The notes beneath the pieces were generated by a model, which had not been told where the DNA came from, did not search any database, and was given only the letters and a program-made list of their open reading frames with translations. Below, piece after piece: positions 19,909 to 31,637 of a stretch of 64,000 nucleotides of DNA; the first letter of the stretch is position 1, and every line of letters begins with the position of its first letter. Where the stretch lies: contig CAXXVZ010000005.1 in the NCBI GenBank assembly GCA_963678065.2, positions 832,001-896,000 on the forward strand, in the 5' to 3' direction. The stretch is from Treponemataceae bacterium. GTDB lineage: Bacteria; Spirochaetota; Spirochaetia; Treponematales; Rectinemataceae. The translations under genes were made by a program, and so were the position numbers.

Positions 19909-20436
19909 TCAATTCTTTTCTATTCCTATTCCTATTCCAAAATACTCTCTTTCGTTTTTATCCATCACAACTTTTTTGTAATTTACTATCGTCATCTTTT
20001 CATTGATAACCGTTTCTTCTCCTGTTTTTATATACCCCATTTTCTCATATACATAACAATTACCTTTTTCTTGAAGTATGGTATCAAGCTTCCAGATAGA
20101 ATATTCCGTATACATAGCTTCGATTATTTTAAATACAGTTTGAGCAATTCCTCTTCCTTGACACGCTGGAAGTACGAATATCGGACTTATTCTATAGACT
20201 TGTTCATGTTCCAATCGAATAATCCGTATGGCTCCTACAACACAGGTATCATTCAGTATCAAATAGTAATCCGTCGTTTTTTGATCAAATCTTCTATATA
20301 TTTTTTCTATAGGTTCATTCCCGGGACTCATTTCATAATCATGATATTTTTCAAGTAATGATGCAAATGCTTCACGTTGCATGGTATGAATCAACGGACA
20401 GTCTTCACGAATCGCTTTTCTTAACGATATACCCAT
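19909..20436 (-). CDS. GNAT acetyltransferase
   Basis: RISPIFVLPACQGRGIAQ, LDTILQEKGNCYVYEKMGY. Confidence 0.88.
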   Translation of the reverse strand: MGISLRKAIREDCPLIHTMQREAFASLLEKYHDYEMSPGNEPIEKIYRRFDQKTTDYYLILNDTCVVGAIRIIRLEHEQVYRISPIFVLPACQGRGIAQTVFKIIEAMYTEYSIWKLDTILQEKGNCYVYEKMGYIKTGEETVINEKMTIVNYKKVVMDKNEREYFGIGIGIEKN

Positions 20437-20785
20437 ATATCTATTCCATAAATCCTTGAGCCTGAGAATTCTGTTCAAAACATATCAGAAGTTGTTTTAC
20501 TAGTATAAACACAATCGAGCATATCTATCGATGGATGTATACGGTGGAGAAGGAATGCCGTAGGTCTGATTATTGAAAATATCTTTTCTTCTCTCGTGGG
20601 GTGTATTTCAGCTAACGTTTGTGCCTACGACGTTTTGGCCCGCATCGGCGGGGCAAAATGTGCCTGAGTGAAGTGAGCGCATGCGAGCGAAACGATGGCC
20701 GAAGAGCCCGAACGGGCGATGAGCGCGGGCACGGTGTTAGGTGCTGTACCGCCCAGATCTTAATACCCAATATTTGTATTGTATT

Positions 20786-21676
20786 TCATTTTAACATTTT
20801 GCTAATAATTCCGATACATTCAGGCCTAGATAAAAAAGAAAATGCTCCTACTAATACATTTCCACCAATAGCTTTAATTTTTTCGAAGATTCTATTTATT
20901 TTATTTGTATCAATTTCAATTCTATTTATTTCATTTGCCAATTCTTTGATATCATCTCTGATTTTATCAATCAGAGAAATATCAATTCCCTTTTTTAACA
21001 ATTCTCTTATTATTTCACTTTCACTTATACCAACAGTATTATGTTGTGCAATATTAGATCCAATGGCAACATTACCGTTTTCATTGTTAACTGTTATATA
21101 CTGATGTTTATCATCATGATTCATGAACAACCTCTCAAATTCTTCAAGATTATTTATACCTCTTTCAAATGTTATATAGGCTCGACTATCCATTTTTATG
21201 TTTGAGAATACTGAACAAGCAATTCCCGAAGCATCTCTATGATCACTTTTCTCATATGATAGTACACTAATTTCTTTTAAATACTCTAATATTACATGGT
21301 ATTCATTTTTACTATTGGTATAACAACACTGATATGGTATTTTTACTATTTTTGATCCAAGTCCATTTTCCATAGTTTTTTTATAACAATACTCTGCCAA
21401 TTTATATGCTTTAAACGCTATTCGGCCTTTTTCATTGATATCGATTTTTTGTATACACTTGGAATCGATAATGAACACATCGCGATTATTTTGTGTATTT
21501 TCAAATATCTCTCCAACAATAATGCCTTTTATATTTTCAGAAATGCTTGCAGGAAACACTGACAAAGCCTGAAATGTGACTTTATATTCTCCACAAGCAT
21601 CACATCTTATATGGATATATGCACCTAAAGGAGCAATATCCTCTGTAATATTTCCACAAAAATAACATTTGCTCAT
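20786..21676 (-). CDS. Hypothetical protein with N-terminal zinc ribbon
   Basis: CYFC...CDACGEY; GGAG RBS. Confidence 0.7.
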   Translation of the reverse strand: MSKCYFCGNITEDIAPLGAYIHIRCDACGEYKVTFQALSVFPASISENIKGIIVGEIFENTQNNRDVFIIDSKCIQKIDINEKGRIAFKAYKLAEYCYKKTMENGLGSKIVKIPYQCCYTNSKNEYHVILEYLKEISVLSYEKSDHRDASGIACSVFSNIKMDSRAYITFERGINNLEEFERLFMNHDDKHQYITVNNENGNVAIGSNIAQHNTVGISESEIIRELLKKGIDISLIDKIRDDIKELANEINRIEIDTNKINRIFEKIKAIGGNVLVGAFSFLSRPECIGIISKMLK

Positions 21677-21926
21677 TCACTTCTCCAATATAACAATAAC
21701 TATAATAACCAATATTTACAGTGCAAGCCATCCCTCTCTTCTGGGCGGTATTGCACCTAACGTTCGCCTGCCTACGACGTTGTGGCGAGCATCGGCGAGC
21801 CACAATGTGCCTGAATGGAACGAGCGCATGCGAGTGCAATGAAGGCCGAAGAAGGAGCCGCAGGCGACTGATGAGCGTGGGCAGTGCTGTTATGCGCTGT
21901 TGCATTATTTTCCCATATTCAACATC

Positions 21927-22403
21927 TTATGTTTTATTCCTATTTTCATATTCTTTTATCTCTTCTACCCTTTTCTCAAATAATTCCTTATGCCACTTCA
22001 TATGCCTGAAATAATCTTCAACAAGATAGTTCAAACTTTTTCCTTCATCGTTTATTTTCCAATAATTCTTCATATCTTCATCTTTAATGTTTTTAATTAT
22101 ATACACTATAAATACATTATAAGATTTCCAGAATGATACGAGAAACTCGTAATCCATTCTTCCAATATCTGATACGTTTTTCCACTCTTCCTCATTATAT
22201 CCTGGAAATTCTATTGTTTGGTTTATCTGAAGACGGATGAACCTCTGATGATTGTTTGATGCGGAATCTATCAGATGTCCAACCATCTCCTGTAATGTCC
22301 ATTTATTCGTTTCAATACGCACAGATGCACTATCCTTATACTGAAGCATTACGACCTGGAATTCATTGATAAGGTTTTCATAATGTTGAATAGCAAATGG
22401 CAT
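21927..22403 (-). CDS. DinB-family protein
   Basis: KWTLQEMVGHLIDSASNNHQRF, DYFRHMKWH. Confidence 0.85.
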   Translation of the reverse strand: MPFAIQHYENLINEFQVVMLQYKDSASVRIETNKWTLQEMVGHLIDSASNNHQRFIRLQINQTIEFPGYNEEEWKNVSDIGRMDYEFLVSFWKSYNVFIVYIIKNIKDEDMKNYWKINDEGKSLNYLVEDYFRHMKWHKELFEKRVEEIKEYENRNKT

Positions 22404-22965
22404 ATTTCTCTCCAGATAAAGCTTTTAATCGTGATTCCTAAATCATAGCACAAAATTCTTTAATTCATTTCATACATACACGATAGCAAAATATCAAACA
22501 CGGAATAAATACGTACTGAATCATGGTTTTCAGATCTTAACCCTGAGATCTTCAATACCCGGGTACGAGACATCATGACGTGTACAATGACAAAAACACA
22601 AAATGGCTACAATTCTTATTTAGCTTCTTGCCATGATAGTATTGTTACAGTTTATTCTTCAAATAATGCAATTGCGCATAACGTTTGCCTGCCTACGACG
22701 TTGTGGCGAGCATCGGCGAGCCACAATGTGCCTGAATGGAACGAGCGTATGCGAGTGGAGTGAAGGCCGAAGAAGGAGCCGAAGGCGACTGATGAGCGTG
22801 GGCAGTGCTGTTAGGCGACGTGTTGTTTTGCGTTTCTTCAAAATACACAATTACGTTGATACAGTTGTCAGATGTATTTTATCTACTGCTTTGCTGTTAC
22901 CTAAAAATGGGGACTATATCATAAATGATTTCCTACTGATGTTTTAGTCTAATCAATGCTTGAAG

Positions 22966-23499
22966 TCATCTAAACATACTATGCTGTACAATAAGCTTCT
23001 TTATTGGCCTAATAGTTTTTAGTGCCCAGTCATAATGGCTGGATGTTGCTGATACTAGATATGCACCTAACGATGTTGTTCCTGTCCATGCGTACTTTTT
23101 CTTAGTAAATAATTCATCATCACTATGTTTTTGTATTATTTCTATCATTTCTTTATGACTTTTCTTTACTAGCTTTATTGCTTCATTTAATTCTGTTCCT
23201 TTATACTTTTCATAAATTCTATGATTTAGGACAGGCAAGGTTTGCCAGGTAACATCTTCTGCCGGAATAGCTGGCTTCTTGCCGGACATTCCAATTTTAT
23301 ACCAATTCTTCATCATCGAATGCCATTCATGTAAATGACAAATCACATCAGCTATTGTCTTATCTCTATCATTGAGTTCATTATTTTCGTATGATTTAAC
23401 TTGATATTCTTTGGGTAGCGATTCAATGAACGCTAATAGTTTTGTAATGTTTTCATCGCCAAGCGACACTAGCTCTGCTTTGTTGGTTGGTCTAGGCAT
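22966..23499 (-). CDS. ClbS/DfsB-family protein, copy 2
   Basis: Near-identical to 7391-7912. Confidence 0.8.
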   Translation of the reverse strand: MPRPTNKAELVSLGDENITKLLAFIESLPKEYQVKSYENNELNDRDKTIADVICHLHEWHSMMKNWYKIGMSGKKPAIPAEDVTWQTLPVLNHRIYEKYKGTELNEAIKLVKKSHKEMIEIIQKHSDDELFTKKKYAWTGTTSLGAYLVSATSSHYDWALKTIRPIKKLIVQHSMFR

Positions 23500-24046
23500 G
23501 TAATTCTCCTAAATTAATTCGCGCCAAAGGCGTCCTGTTAACAGCATTTACCGTGATACATATAAACCTATTTGTATAAGTGGTAAAACACTAAAATGGT
23601 AATCTCTGGAAGGATCGCGCAAAACAATATGTCGCCTAACGTTTTGCCTGTTTGCGACGATGGCGCGAGCATCGGCGAGCGCCATTGTGCCTGAGCGGAA
23701 TGAGCGCATGCGATGCGAGTGCAGCGATGGCCGAAGAGGGAGCTTGCGACCGATGAGCGTGAACAGCGCTGTTAGTTGCAGTCGTGACCTTCGAGCGCGC
23801 TTGGATGGGGAGACTTGTCTCCTCATCCAATGCTATATCTTGCGCGCGTTCTTCTCTTCCTCTTCTCTTAACCCTTATTTTTTTTTCACGATTGCAACTA
23901 ACGTTCGCCTGCCTACGACGTTGTGGCGAGCATCGGCGAGCCACAATGTGCCTGAGCGGAACGAGCGCATGCGAGTGCAGCGATGGCCGAAGAAGGAGCC
24001 GATAGGCGACTGATGAGCGTGGGCAGTGCTGTTATGTGCAGTTGCT

Positions 24047-25222
24047 CTAATCCACCATTCCAATACTTGTACAGGAATTAAATCTACAAAACCTTTCAAA
24101 ACAGGTGTTGAGAGCATCACGCAGTCGCTTGTTTTTCTTTACTCCATCCTCATACCAAAGATGCTTCACTTCAAGTGTTTGACTTTTCTTATTGTTGACT
24201 ATTTCAGCCCTGCCAATAAACCGATCTCCTGATACGATCGGTACTACATAATAGCCATATACTCGTTGTTTCTCGGGTGTATAGATTTCCCACTTGTATT
24301 CAAAATCAAAAATGCACCGTATCAGTTTTCTGTCCCATAATAAATTATCAAGAGGCGCAAGCAATTCTGTCCGCTCCTCAAAACCATCAGTATGTACTGC
24401 CGATTCCACTAATGTGCTATCTGATTTTAGGCAATAGAGCTTTTCTTGTATCCCTTCAACAGAAATTTCCATAATCATTTCTTCATCCAGTAGCTGCCCG
24501 AAAACGATATCGCGTTCACCACTTTTGAGATTCCGTATATTCAAATATGCATCAGATGCTTTATTCCATAGCATTCCAACCGACGATATTCTTCTGAGAA
24601 CCCGCCATTTCATATGACTTAGTTCCTCTTTTAATGGATCCTCTGCCTGAAGTATCTCATGTGGAATATAATCTTCTGAGCATGCGTAATACTTTATTGA
24701 GCCCTTTTTATGATGGATTATCAGATCCCCACGAAAATATAAGGTTTCGAGCGCTGCTCGTGCAAGATTTGTGCTGGACCAATACCAATCTACCTTATGC
24801 TTCAGGTCAAAGTCTTTTGAGCACACCGGACCCTTTTCTTTTATTGTCTGGATTATGGTATCGGCAACTGTTTTCACCTCTTCATAACCTCGTCCATTTT
24901 TCCGATGGGCTTCACGTATTCGTTCAAAATACTTCCAATCACTCAGTTGTATGATCGAAAGATTTTTATCAAAATAATCAACTAATTCCCTATCCTCATA
25001 CAAAAGTTCATACAACATTGACTTGGTAAAGCCTTCTACTCTGGACTGGAGGACCAGTTCTGCATTTTTCCCACATATATCAATAGGATCAAATTGGATA
25101 CAGCCGGCCTGACGTACAAAATCAATGATACCGTGCTTTAGTGAGAACCTGTAGGTACCACATAATCCATGCTTCAGCAAAAGGAACTGGCGTGCTTGCT
25201 GTTTTGACAGTGTTTTCTGCAT
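24047..25222 (-). CDS. YcaQ/AlkZ-family winged-helix DNA glycosylase (crosslink repair)
   Basis: CIQFDPIDICGKNAELVLQSR, LLAPLDNLLWDRK, YKWEIYTPEKQRVYGYYV. Confidence 0.85.
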   Translation of the reverse strand: MQKTLSKQQARQFLLLKHGLCGTYRFSLKHGIIDFVRQAGCIQFDPIDICGKNAELVLQSRVEGFTKSMLYELLYEDRELVDYFDKNLSIIQLSDWKYFERIREAHRKNGRGYEEVKTVADTIIQTIKEKGPVCSKDFDLKHKVDWYWSSTNLARAALETLYFRGDLIIHHKKGSIKYYACSEDYIPHEILQAEDPLKEELSHMKWRVLRRISSVGMLWNKASDAYLNIRNLKSGERDIVFGQLLDEEMIMEISVEGIQEKLYCLKSDSTLVESAVHTDGFEERTELLAPLDNLLWDRKLIRCIFDFEYKWEIYTPEKQRVYGYYVVPIVSGDRFIGRAEIVNNKKSQTLEVKHLWYEDGVKKNKRLRDALNTCFERFCRFNSCTSIGMVD

Positions 25223-25455
25223 GTACTTTCCATGATAACTGCTGATTAGAGCAATTGCACATAACGTTTTGTGCCTCTGACGTGTGCGACCGCACAGGCG
25301 GGCGCACATGTGCCTGAGCGGAATGAGCGCAAGCGAGTGCAGCGATGGCCGAGGAGCCATGAAATGGCGACGAGCAGGGGCACGGTGTTAGGCGCTTTTA
25401 TTTTTTTCTTAATTCAACTTCTCTGTAAAAACATAATGTATTTATAAATATTTCA

Positions 25456-26247
25456 TCAAACTTCCCAACATTTATCCACAATTTCTTTATCCCAAATCTT
25501 TAGCTTTTCTCCAAATAATGATAATAAACAGTGAAAAAATGTAGAAGCATTGCTGAATACATTCCCAATATCGAATTCATCTGTTTGAAGTGTCCATATC
25601 ATTGATTCTTGATTGATTCTCAAAAACCTGTCAATTTCTTCAATATCACCATGAACAAATGATGATAAAAAGGTATAAAAATAGTCATATGATTCAAGAT
25701 GATCTACATTTTCCGCCATTTCTCTGATACTTTTACCAGACCAATTAGAAAATTCTATATTTTTACCTTTTCTAGTTTTTCTAGAATAATTTCCAATTAC
25801 TTCTTCATATTCCCTGTCTATTGTCTCTTTTTCATCATCCCAACAGTCATCCCATTCCATATTTAATGCATATTTCCAGTCTTCCTTTTTAGTATTTAGA
25901 TGTTTTTTACATACCTCCATTCGATTTTTTTTTATGACCTTTTTATAGAAAATATATTGCCTAGATCGTTCTGTAGGCCTTTCAGAAATATAATGGGCAT
26001 TTATGTCAATTTCCAGCATTGATCTGCACATAACATATCCGACTGTTGACGGATAATATTGTGGGTTTACACTATCGTAAAGCCTTATTAATGAATTTGA
26101 TATTGATAATTCCTGCAATAAAAAGCAAATCATTATTGATTTATATGAAATGTTCTCAGTTTCAATACGCTTTATATCAACATTTTTACCAATTTTTATA
26201 AGATTTTTTAAGACAGAAATATGTTGTTCAAATGTAAGTGCTTTCAT
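25456..26247 (-). CDS. Hypothetical protein (DUF5677/HEPN-like)
   Basis: RSMLE, NWSGKSIREMAE, YTFLSSFVHG. Confidence 0.65.
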   Translation of the reverse strand: MKALTFEQHISVLKNLIKIGKNVDIKRIETENISYKSIMICFLLQELSISNSLIRLYDSVNPQYYPSTVGYVMCRSMLEIDINAHYISERPTERSRQYIFYKKVIKKNRMEVCKKHLNTKKEDWKYALNMEWDDCWDDEKETIDREYEEVIGNYSRKTRKGKNIEFSNWSGKSIREMAENVDHLESYDYFYTFLSSFVHGDIEEIDRFLRINQESMIWTLQTDEFDIGNVFSNASTFFHCLLSLFGEKLKIWDKEIVDKCWEV

Positions 26248-26778
26248 GTTTTTCCTAATTGTATGTTTGGCAAACAAGATAAAGCTAAAAAAATAATTGC
26301 GCCTAACGTTCTGCCTGTTTGCGACGATGGCGTGAGCATCGGCGAACGCCATTGTGCCTGAGCGGAATGAGCGTATGCGAGTGTAGCGATGGCCGAAGAG
26401 GGAGCTTGCGACCAATGAGCGTGAACAGCGCTGTTAGTTGCAGTCGTGACCTTCGAGCGCGCTTGGATGGGGAGACTTGTCTCCCCATCCAATACTATAT
26501 CTTGCGCGCGTTCTTCTCTTCCTCTTCTCTTAACCCTTATTTTTTCTTTCACGATTGCAACTAACGTTTTGTGCCTCTGACGTTTCGGACCGCATCGGCG
26601 GGCCGAAATGTGCCTGAGTGGAGTGAGCGTATGCGAGCGGAACGATGGCCGAAGAGCCCTGAAAGGGCGATGAGCAGGGGCACGGTGTTAGCTGCAGTGC
26701 AAATTGCCTTCAGGAAGACGGAGTTTCACAGGTTGAAAGTTCGATGTTAATCCATAGTTCTTTATTTATTCAAATCTA

Positions 26779-27384
26779 CTACTTTATAAACAGGATACTT
26801 CTGTAATCACTATTATGCGATGTACTTCGATGTATTAAGACACTACTATTTTTAATCTCAATACTATGTCCGGCTTTACCGAGAAAACCGTTCATTATTT
26901 TTAATATTTTATCATTATTCGTACAAATTTGAAAGCCGCTCTTTTCAATACACTTTATTACATTTACTAAAGAAGGATCTACTTCAATAACCCATCTATT
27001 TTTTTTGCTTGCAGTAAGCAAGATAAGCATTCGTGTTAGCAGGCTTTGCTTACTAAGAATGAATTTTTTGCTAATGCCGCCCTCTAGAATTTTTGACCAA
27101 AACTCTCCATCAATCTCAATGTAATCGCTGAAAATATTATATCCGCACATGCGCGATAATAAATAGTATATTTGGATACGCTTCATAGGAATATCATAGT
27201 AAGGGTTATTACAGGACTGAACCCATTCATCTATAGGTACAGTTGTGCCGTATTTGCCATATATTTCAAGATACATGCTATATATATGCATTCTTTCATT
27301 TTTTGATAACTGGCCAAAGCAAATAATACGCGAGCTTTCTATTATCGATCTTTTCATAACTGGCTGTAATAATATATTTATCAT
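26779..27384 (-). CDS. Hypothetical protein
   Basis: ATGA overlap with upstream gene; fills cassette. Confidence 0.6.
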   Translation of the reverse strand: MINILLQPVMKRSIIESSRIICFGQLSKNERMHIYSMYLEIYGKYGTTVPIDEWVQSCNNPYYDIPMKRIQIYYLLSRMCGYNIFSDYIEIDGEFWSKILEGGISKKFILSKQSLLTRMLILLTASKKNRWVIEVDPSLVNVIKCIEKSGFQICTNNDKILKIMNGFLGKAGHSIEIKNSSVLIHRSTSHNSDYRSILFIK

Positions 27385-27845
27385 TTGTTGTAGTAGGAAA
27401 ACAAAAAATATGCAAGAGAATTCGCCACTAATATTATTAGGTAAAACATTAAGTTGTGCCATCTATCTTTTTTGAAAATCAGTCTTAATATTTTTCTTAT
27501 AGAAGGTGCCCTAATAACGTGTCCCAAACCAAACTCGTATGGGTATACTGCATTAACGTTTCCTTTTATCGAGTTTTGTATCATATCTTCTAGTTTATAC
27601 GTTCTCATAATTGCATCTTCCTGGAAGCATTTCCAAGAGTATTCCAAAAAAATGAAACAGAAGATGAGAAAGTAATTGGTTAACAAAATAGTTGCCTTGT
27701 TCTCTGAAACAGCATATGCAATGATCGCAGATGATGTAGCCACTGCTAGGTTCCTAATAGAAAAAATGTACTGATCCATTCGAGAAATGAAGTCTTGAGT
27801 AGAATGATAATCCTCAAAGGCTATGTCTAGGGTATCCATATTCAA
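27381..27845 (-). CDS. Hypothetical membrane protein
   Basis: GGAGG RBS; about three hydrophobic segments. Confidence 0.7.
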   Translation of the reverse strand: MNMDTLDIAFEDYHSTQDFISRMDQYIFSIRNLAVATSSAIIAYAVSENKATILLTNYFLIFCFIFLEYSWKCFQEDAIMRTYKLEDMIQNSIKGNVNAVYPYEFGLGHVIRAPSIRKILRLIFKKDRWHNLMFYLIILVANSLAYFLFSYYNK

Positions 27846-28201
27846 AGTAGTAACCTCCTAAATGTGGGGTTTATTAGAATTAACATTGATTTATTACTTC
27901 GGTACATTCCCTATATTTCGTCCAAAAACAAACGTCAGCTGCTGTTATCAATTTTTCGGAGCAATTTGCATTGCAGCTAACGTTCGCCTGCCTACGACGT
28001 TGTGGCGAGCATCGGCGAGCCACAATGTGCCTGAGCGGAACGAGCGCATGCGAGTGCAGCGATGGCCGAAGAAGGAGCCGCAGGCGACTGATGAGCGTGG
28101 GCAGCGCTGTTAGGCGACGTTGTTCTGGGCGCTCTCCCTACCCTTTCGTTTGTATCGTCCTCGTCACGATGGCGAGGATGTTCAGTATTTATACAGTTCC
28201 T

Positions 28202-28774
28202 TTAGTTTACTCGATATTCCCTACCCGAACTCCATCCCTGTCCTAGTTCCTTTCCAACTTCACAATACCTATTTTCTAAACCTAAAAAACACAGCGGATT
28301 CATTTTTCTACTATCGATCCTTTTATCATCAGATACATACTCCTCATTAATATATACTTGAACAACTTCTCCAAAATAAACCCTATCCATAGCAAATTCC
28401 ACTACTTTATCTATGAACCTACATTCACATGTAATCGGAAATTCCTGAATCATTGGAGCCGTTCCTAATTCCCCATAAAATGAAGTAAATATTTTTGATT
28501 TACTGGTTTTCCTTCCACTCACAAGACCACAAAAATCTGTTTCGACAACATACTCCGCTGATGGAAAATTGATACTGAATGTTTTGTTTTCAATAATTCC
28601 CTCAGAAGTATAGTGATTTCTATTTATACTTATATAGACAATAGCTGGATTACTATTCACTCCATTCGTAAATCCTATCGTTGCATAATTAGGCTCATTT
28701 TCGATGTTTGTACCAACGAGTGCTATAGGAGCAATTGGAAAAGGAATAAACGCTCCAGTCTTAATCTTATTCAT
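28202..28774 (-). CDS. Flavin reductase-like protein
   Basis: PIALVGT, TFSINFPS, DFCGLVSGRK, APMIQEFPITCEC. Confidence 0.88.
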   Translation of the reverse strand: MNKIKTGAFIPFPIAPIALVGTNIENEPNYATIGFTNGVNSNPAIVYISINRNHYTSEGIIENKTFSINFPSAEYVVETDFCGLVSGRKTSKSKIFTSFYGELGTAPMIQEFPITCECRFIDKVVEFAMDRVYFGEVVQVYINEEYVSDDKRIDSRKMNPLCFLGLENRYCEVGKELGQGWSSGREYRVN

Positions 28775-29622
28775 TGAAGTACTCTCCTTGCAGTGTTTGC
28801 GGATCATGAACTGCTAATGAGATACTTCAGTATACTAAAACATTTGTCAAACCTTTTTTTAAACTTATTCTATTTCATTATCCTCAATAGATTAGAATGA
28901 TTCGTATACAACTCGAATTGTGGTATGCAGCCCGCTAGGACGGCTGGCTGTTGCAAAGACTGCGCCCAGAATAATGTCGCCTAACGTTCGCCTGCCTACG
29001 ACGTTGTGGCGAGCATCGGCGAGCCACAATGTGCCTGAGTGGAACGAGCGCATGCGAGTGTAGCGATGGCCGAAGAAGGAGCCAAAGGCGACTGATGAGC
29101 GTGGGCAGTGCTGTTAGGCGAAGTATGGATTCCCTTTTTTGCATCTTTCTCCGCGCCGAACGCCCGGAGGGCGAGGTGCGGAGATGCCCTTATACTATTA
29201 CCCGATAGACTAAAGAACATTAAGTAATTTTTCAGTTCACGTATTTACCAAATATCCCTTTCTTACACATTCATCTATTAAATACTTGAAAAAGTCCCAT
29301 ATTTCTTCTGAACCTTCTGCTATATGTTTATTCTTTTCTAGAATCATACTCTTCGTAATTCCATTTTTCTTCCAAGTATATCCTTCGGTTTTATAGTTCT
29401 GTAATACTGGTTCCAGTCTATCAAATACCGCTGCGTATTTAGATTCATTCGTTTTTCGTTTCTCAAATTCATTCCACAATTCATATAATTCTTTTGTTTG
29501 ATCCTCTGGAAGTATTCCAAAGATTCGTTTTGCAGCGAGTTCTTCTCTTGCATGTGCTGAATCACGTTCGTGTGAATATAAGAATGTATCCCCAGCATCA
29601 ATTTCTACAATGTCATGAACTA

Positions 29623-30763
29623 GTGTTCCGTCTTTTACAGATTGCCTAATAGCCCTTGGCAGTTGCAATGCTCGAAGAAATTTGTTCAGCAGATTTTACC
29701 CATTTGAATTTACGACCTGATGTATTCCAGCCTTTGATGAAATCGTCTATCGCCTTTTCAAGTTCATCAACACTGGTCCAACTATCGCGCCGAATTCGCT
29801 TAGTGGTGATTTCTCCAAACCAGCGTTCAACAAGATTCAGCCATGAAGAATGTGTCGGTATGAAGTGCTCAACAAATCGACCATTCATCGAATCCAGATA
29901 TTTCCTGACCTCTTGAGTTTTATGTGCAGAATAATTATCCGCAACGATATGAAGCGTCTTTCCCTTAGGGCTCTTGCGATTGACCATCTTCAAGAAAGAA
30001 ATATAGTCAGCTGCCTTGTGTTGTTCCTTGCAGTCGCCGATTACTTTCCCGCTCACGACATTTAATGCTGCAAAAAGCGTTGTTGTACCATGGCGATAGT
30101 AGTCGTGAGATTGACGTTCAGGAACACCGGGAAGCAACGGTAGAATCGGCTGCGATCGCTCTACGGCTTGAATCTGTGATTTCTCGTCCACACAAAGAAC
30201 TATCGAGTTCTCGGGAGGATTGAGATACAAGCCGACGACATCTTCCAGCTTCTTTTCAAAATCAGGATCGGTGCTGAATTGAAAATGCTTCACCAGATGG
30301 GGCTTTAGTCCTCGTTCGCGAAGAATGGTATTCACCGAGGAATGCCCTATGCCAAGTTTTTTTGCCAACTCTCTCGTACTCCAATGCGTTCCCTGTTCAG
30401 GTTTTTCATTGCAGACAAGCGTACAAAGCTCATTCTTTACTTCGATTGGAATTGGCTGTTTCCCTGGTTTTCTTGTTTTGTCAGTGAGTAAGGACTTTAA
30501 TCCGCCCTCATTGTACCGGTGGACATACCGGCTCACCGTGACATTATTAATCCCAAGAAACGCTGCTGTGTCGTTCGTTGATCGGTTATGGGCTCTGCTT
30601 AGGACGGTTTGAAGACGTACAGCATATTTGTGCTGAATATCCCCGATAGCTAAAATCTTTTCCATAAGGATAACGTCTTCTTTGGTCGTGTTCGGTTTTA
30701 CTTCTTTCGCCATGTGGTAAGTATAGCATACTTTTATTAGGTTGTCTGTATTGGACAGTACAC
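29623..30763 (-). mobile_element. IS630-family IS
   Basis: TA duplication within CTAG; IRs gtgttccgtc / gacagtacac. Confidence 0.85.
29646..30713 (-). CDS. IS630 transposase
   Basis: VLCVDEKSQIQA, HDYYRHGTTTLFAAL, ADNYSAHK, SWLNLVERWF. Confidence 0.92.
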   Translation of the reverse strand: MAKEVKPNTTKEDVILMEKILAIGDIQHKYAVRLQTVLSRAHNRSTNDTAAFLGINNVTVSRYVHRYNEGGLKSLLTDKTRKPGKQPIPIEVKNELCTLVCNEKPEQGTHWSTRELAKKLGIGHSSVNTILRERGLKPHLVKHFQFSTDPDFEKKLEDVVGLYLNPPENSIVLCVDEKSQIQAVERSQPILPLLPGVPERQSHDYYRHGTTTLFAALNVVSGKVIGDCKEQHKAADYISFLKMVNRKSPKGKTLHIVADNYSAHKTQEVRKYLDSMNGRFVEHFIPTHSSWLNLVERWFGEITTKRIRRDSWTSVDELEKAIDDFIKGWNTSGRKFKWVKSAEQISSSIATAKGY

Positions 30764-31244
30764 TAGTAGCATTACTATCACTTTTTCTATGTTTATGGTT
30801 GTATTTGAGTATTCTTTTAGTAGAATAGCCATTATGCAGATTGTCCAAGAGTGCTCAGCATCATTTTCAAATCGAGAAGAATCAAAGAGTTTTGATTTTC
30901 TAATTATGCTTTTGACCTTATCTACTTCGAATATGAAATTGAGTTGTGTTTCAAATCTATTTCTGTCCATATATTCCCCAAATCACAAATATCCTATCTA
31001 TTTTTTATTTTCTACATATGCGCGAGCCCGACGGCCGGAGGCCCGGGCGAGCTCTACTACAAACAGATGCAGGGAATCCATATTTCGCCTAACGTTCGCC
31101 TGCCTACGACGTTGTGGCGAGCATCGGCGAGCCACAATGTGCCTGAGCGGAATGAGCGACAGCGAGTGGAGCGATGGCCGAAGAAGGAGCCGAAGGCGAC
31201 TGATGAGCGCGGGCAGTGCTGTTAGCTGATGTGTCTGCGCGATC

Positions 31245-31637
31245 TTACTCTATCCAATTCTCTATTCTTAACTCTTTTATCTCTTTATAATGTTTCATAT
31301 TCCCTGTAATTAATCGATTGCATTCGACTAATGCACATGCTGCCACAAATATATCTGCATCTTCTTGTCGTTTACCTTTTAACTCCAATTTCCCTTTCAG
31401 TTCCCCAAACTTTTTACATATCCTCATATCTGATTCGATGATATTTACACTTAATAAAAACTTTTCCACCACTATTTTCATCTGTTCTTGTAGTTTCGAT
31501 TTTTCTGCACCATAATACAATTCTGCAACTGTTATAAACGATACTGCGACAGCATCATTGACTACTTTCCGATGTTCAAGAACTTTTTCATTCCCATGCA
31601 ACAATTCCACACAAACATCGGTATCTAAAAGAATCAT
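31245..31637 (-). CDS. vapC: PIN-domain toxin (VapC)
   Basis: ILLDTDVCV, ITVAELYYGA, DIFVAACA, LITGNMKHY. Confidence 0.9.
   Translation of the reverse strand: MILLDTDVCVELLHGNEKVLEHRKVVNDAVAVSFITVAELYYGAEKSKLQEQMKIVVEKFLLSVNIIESDMRICKKFGELKGKLELKGKRQEDADIFVAACALVECNRLITGNMKHYKEIKELRIENWIE

Larger units (their letters stand above)
29237..30970 (-). pseudogene. HD-domain hydrolase split by IS630
   Basis: RFENDAEHSW...VMLLV | HDIVEIDAGD rejoins in frame. Confidence 0.88.

Noticed and set aside
24047..25360. Extended N-termini in the ORF track (24047..25360, 25456..26415, 53633..54367, 59179..60264, 11733..12083, 29646..30848)
   Set aside because: Extensions run through attC sites or past IS ends; internal starts were used instead.
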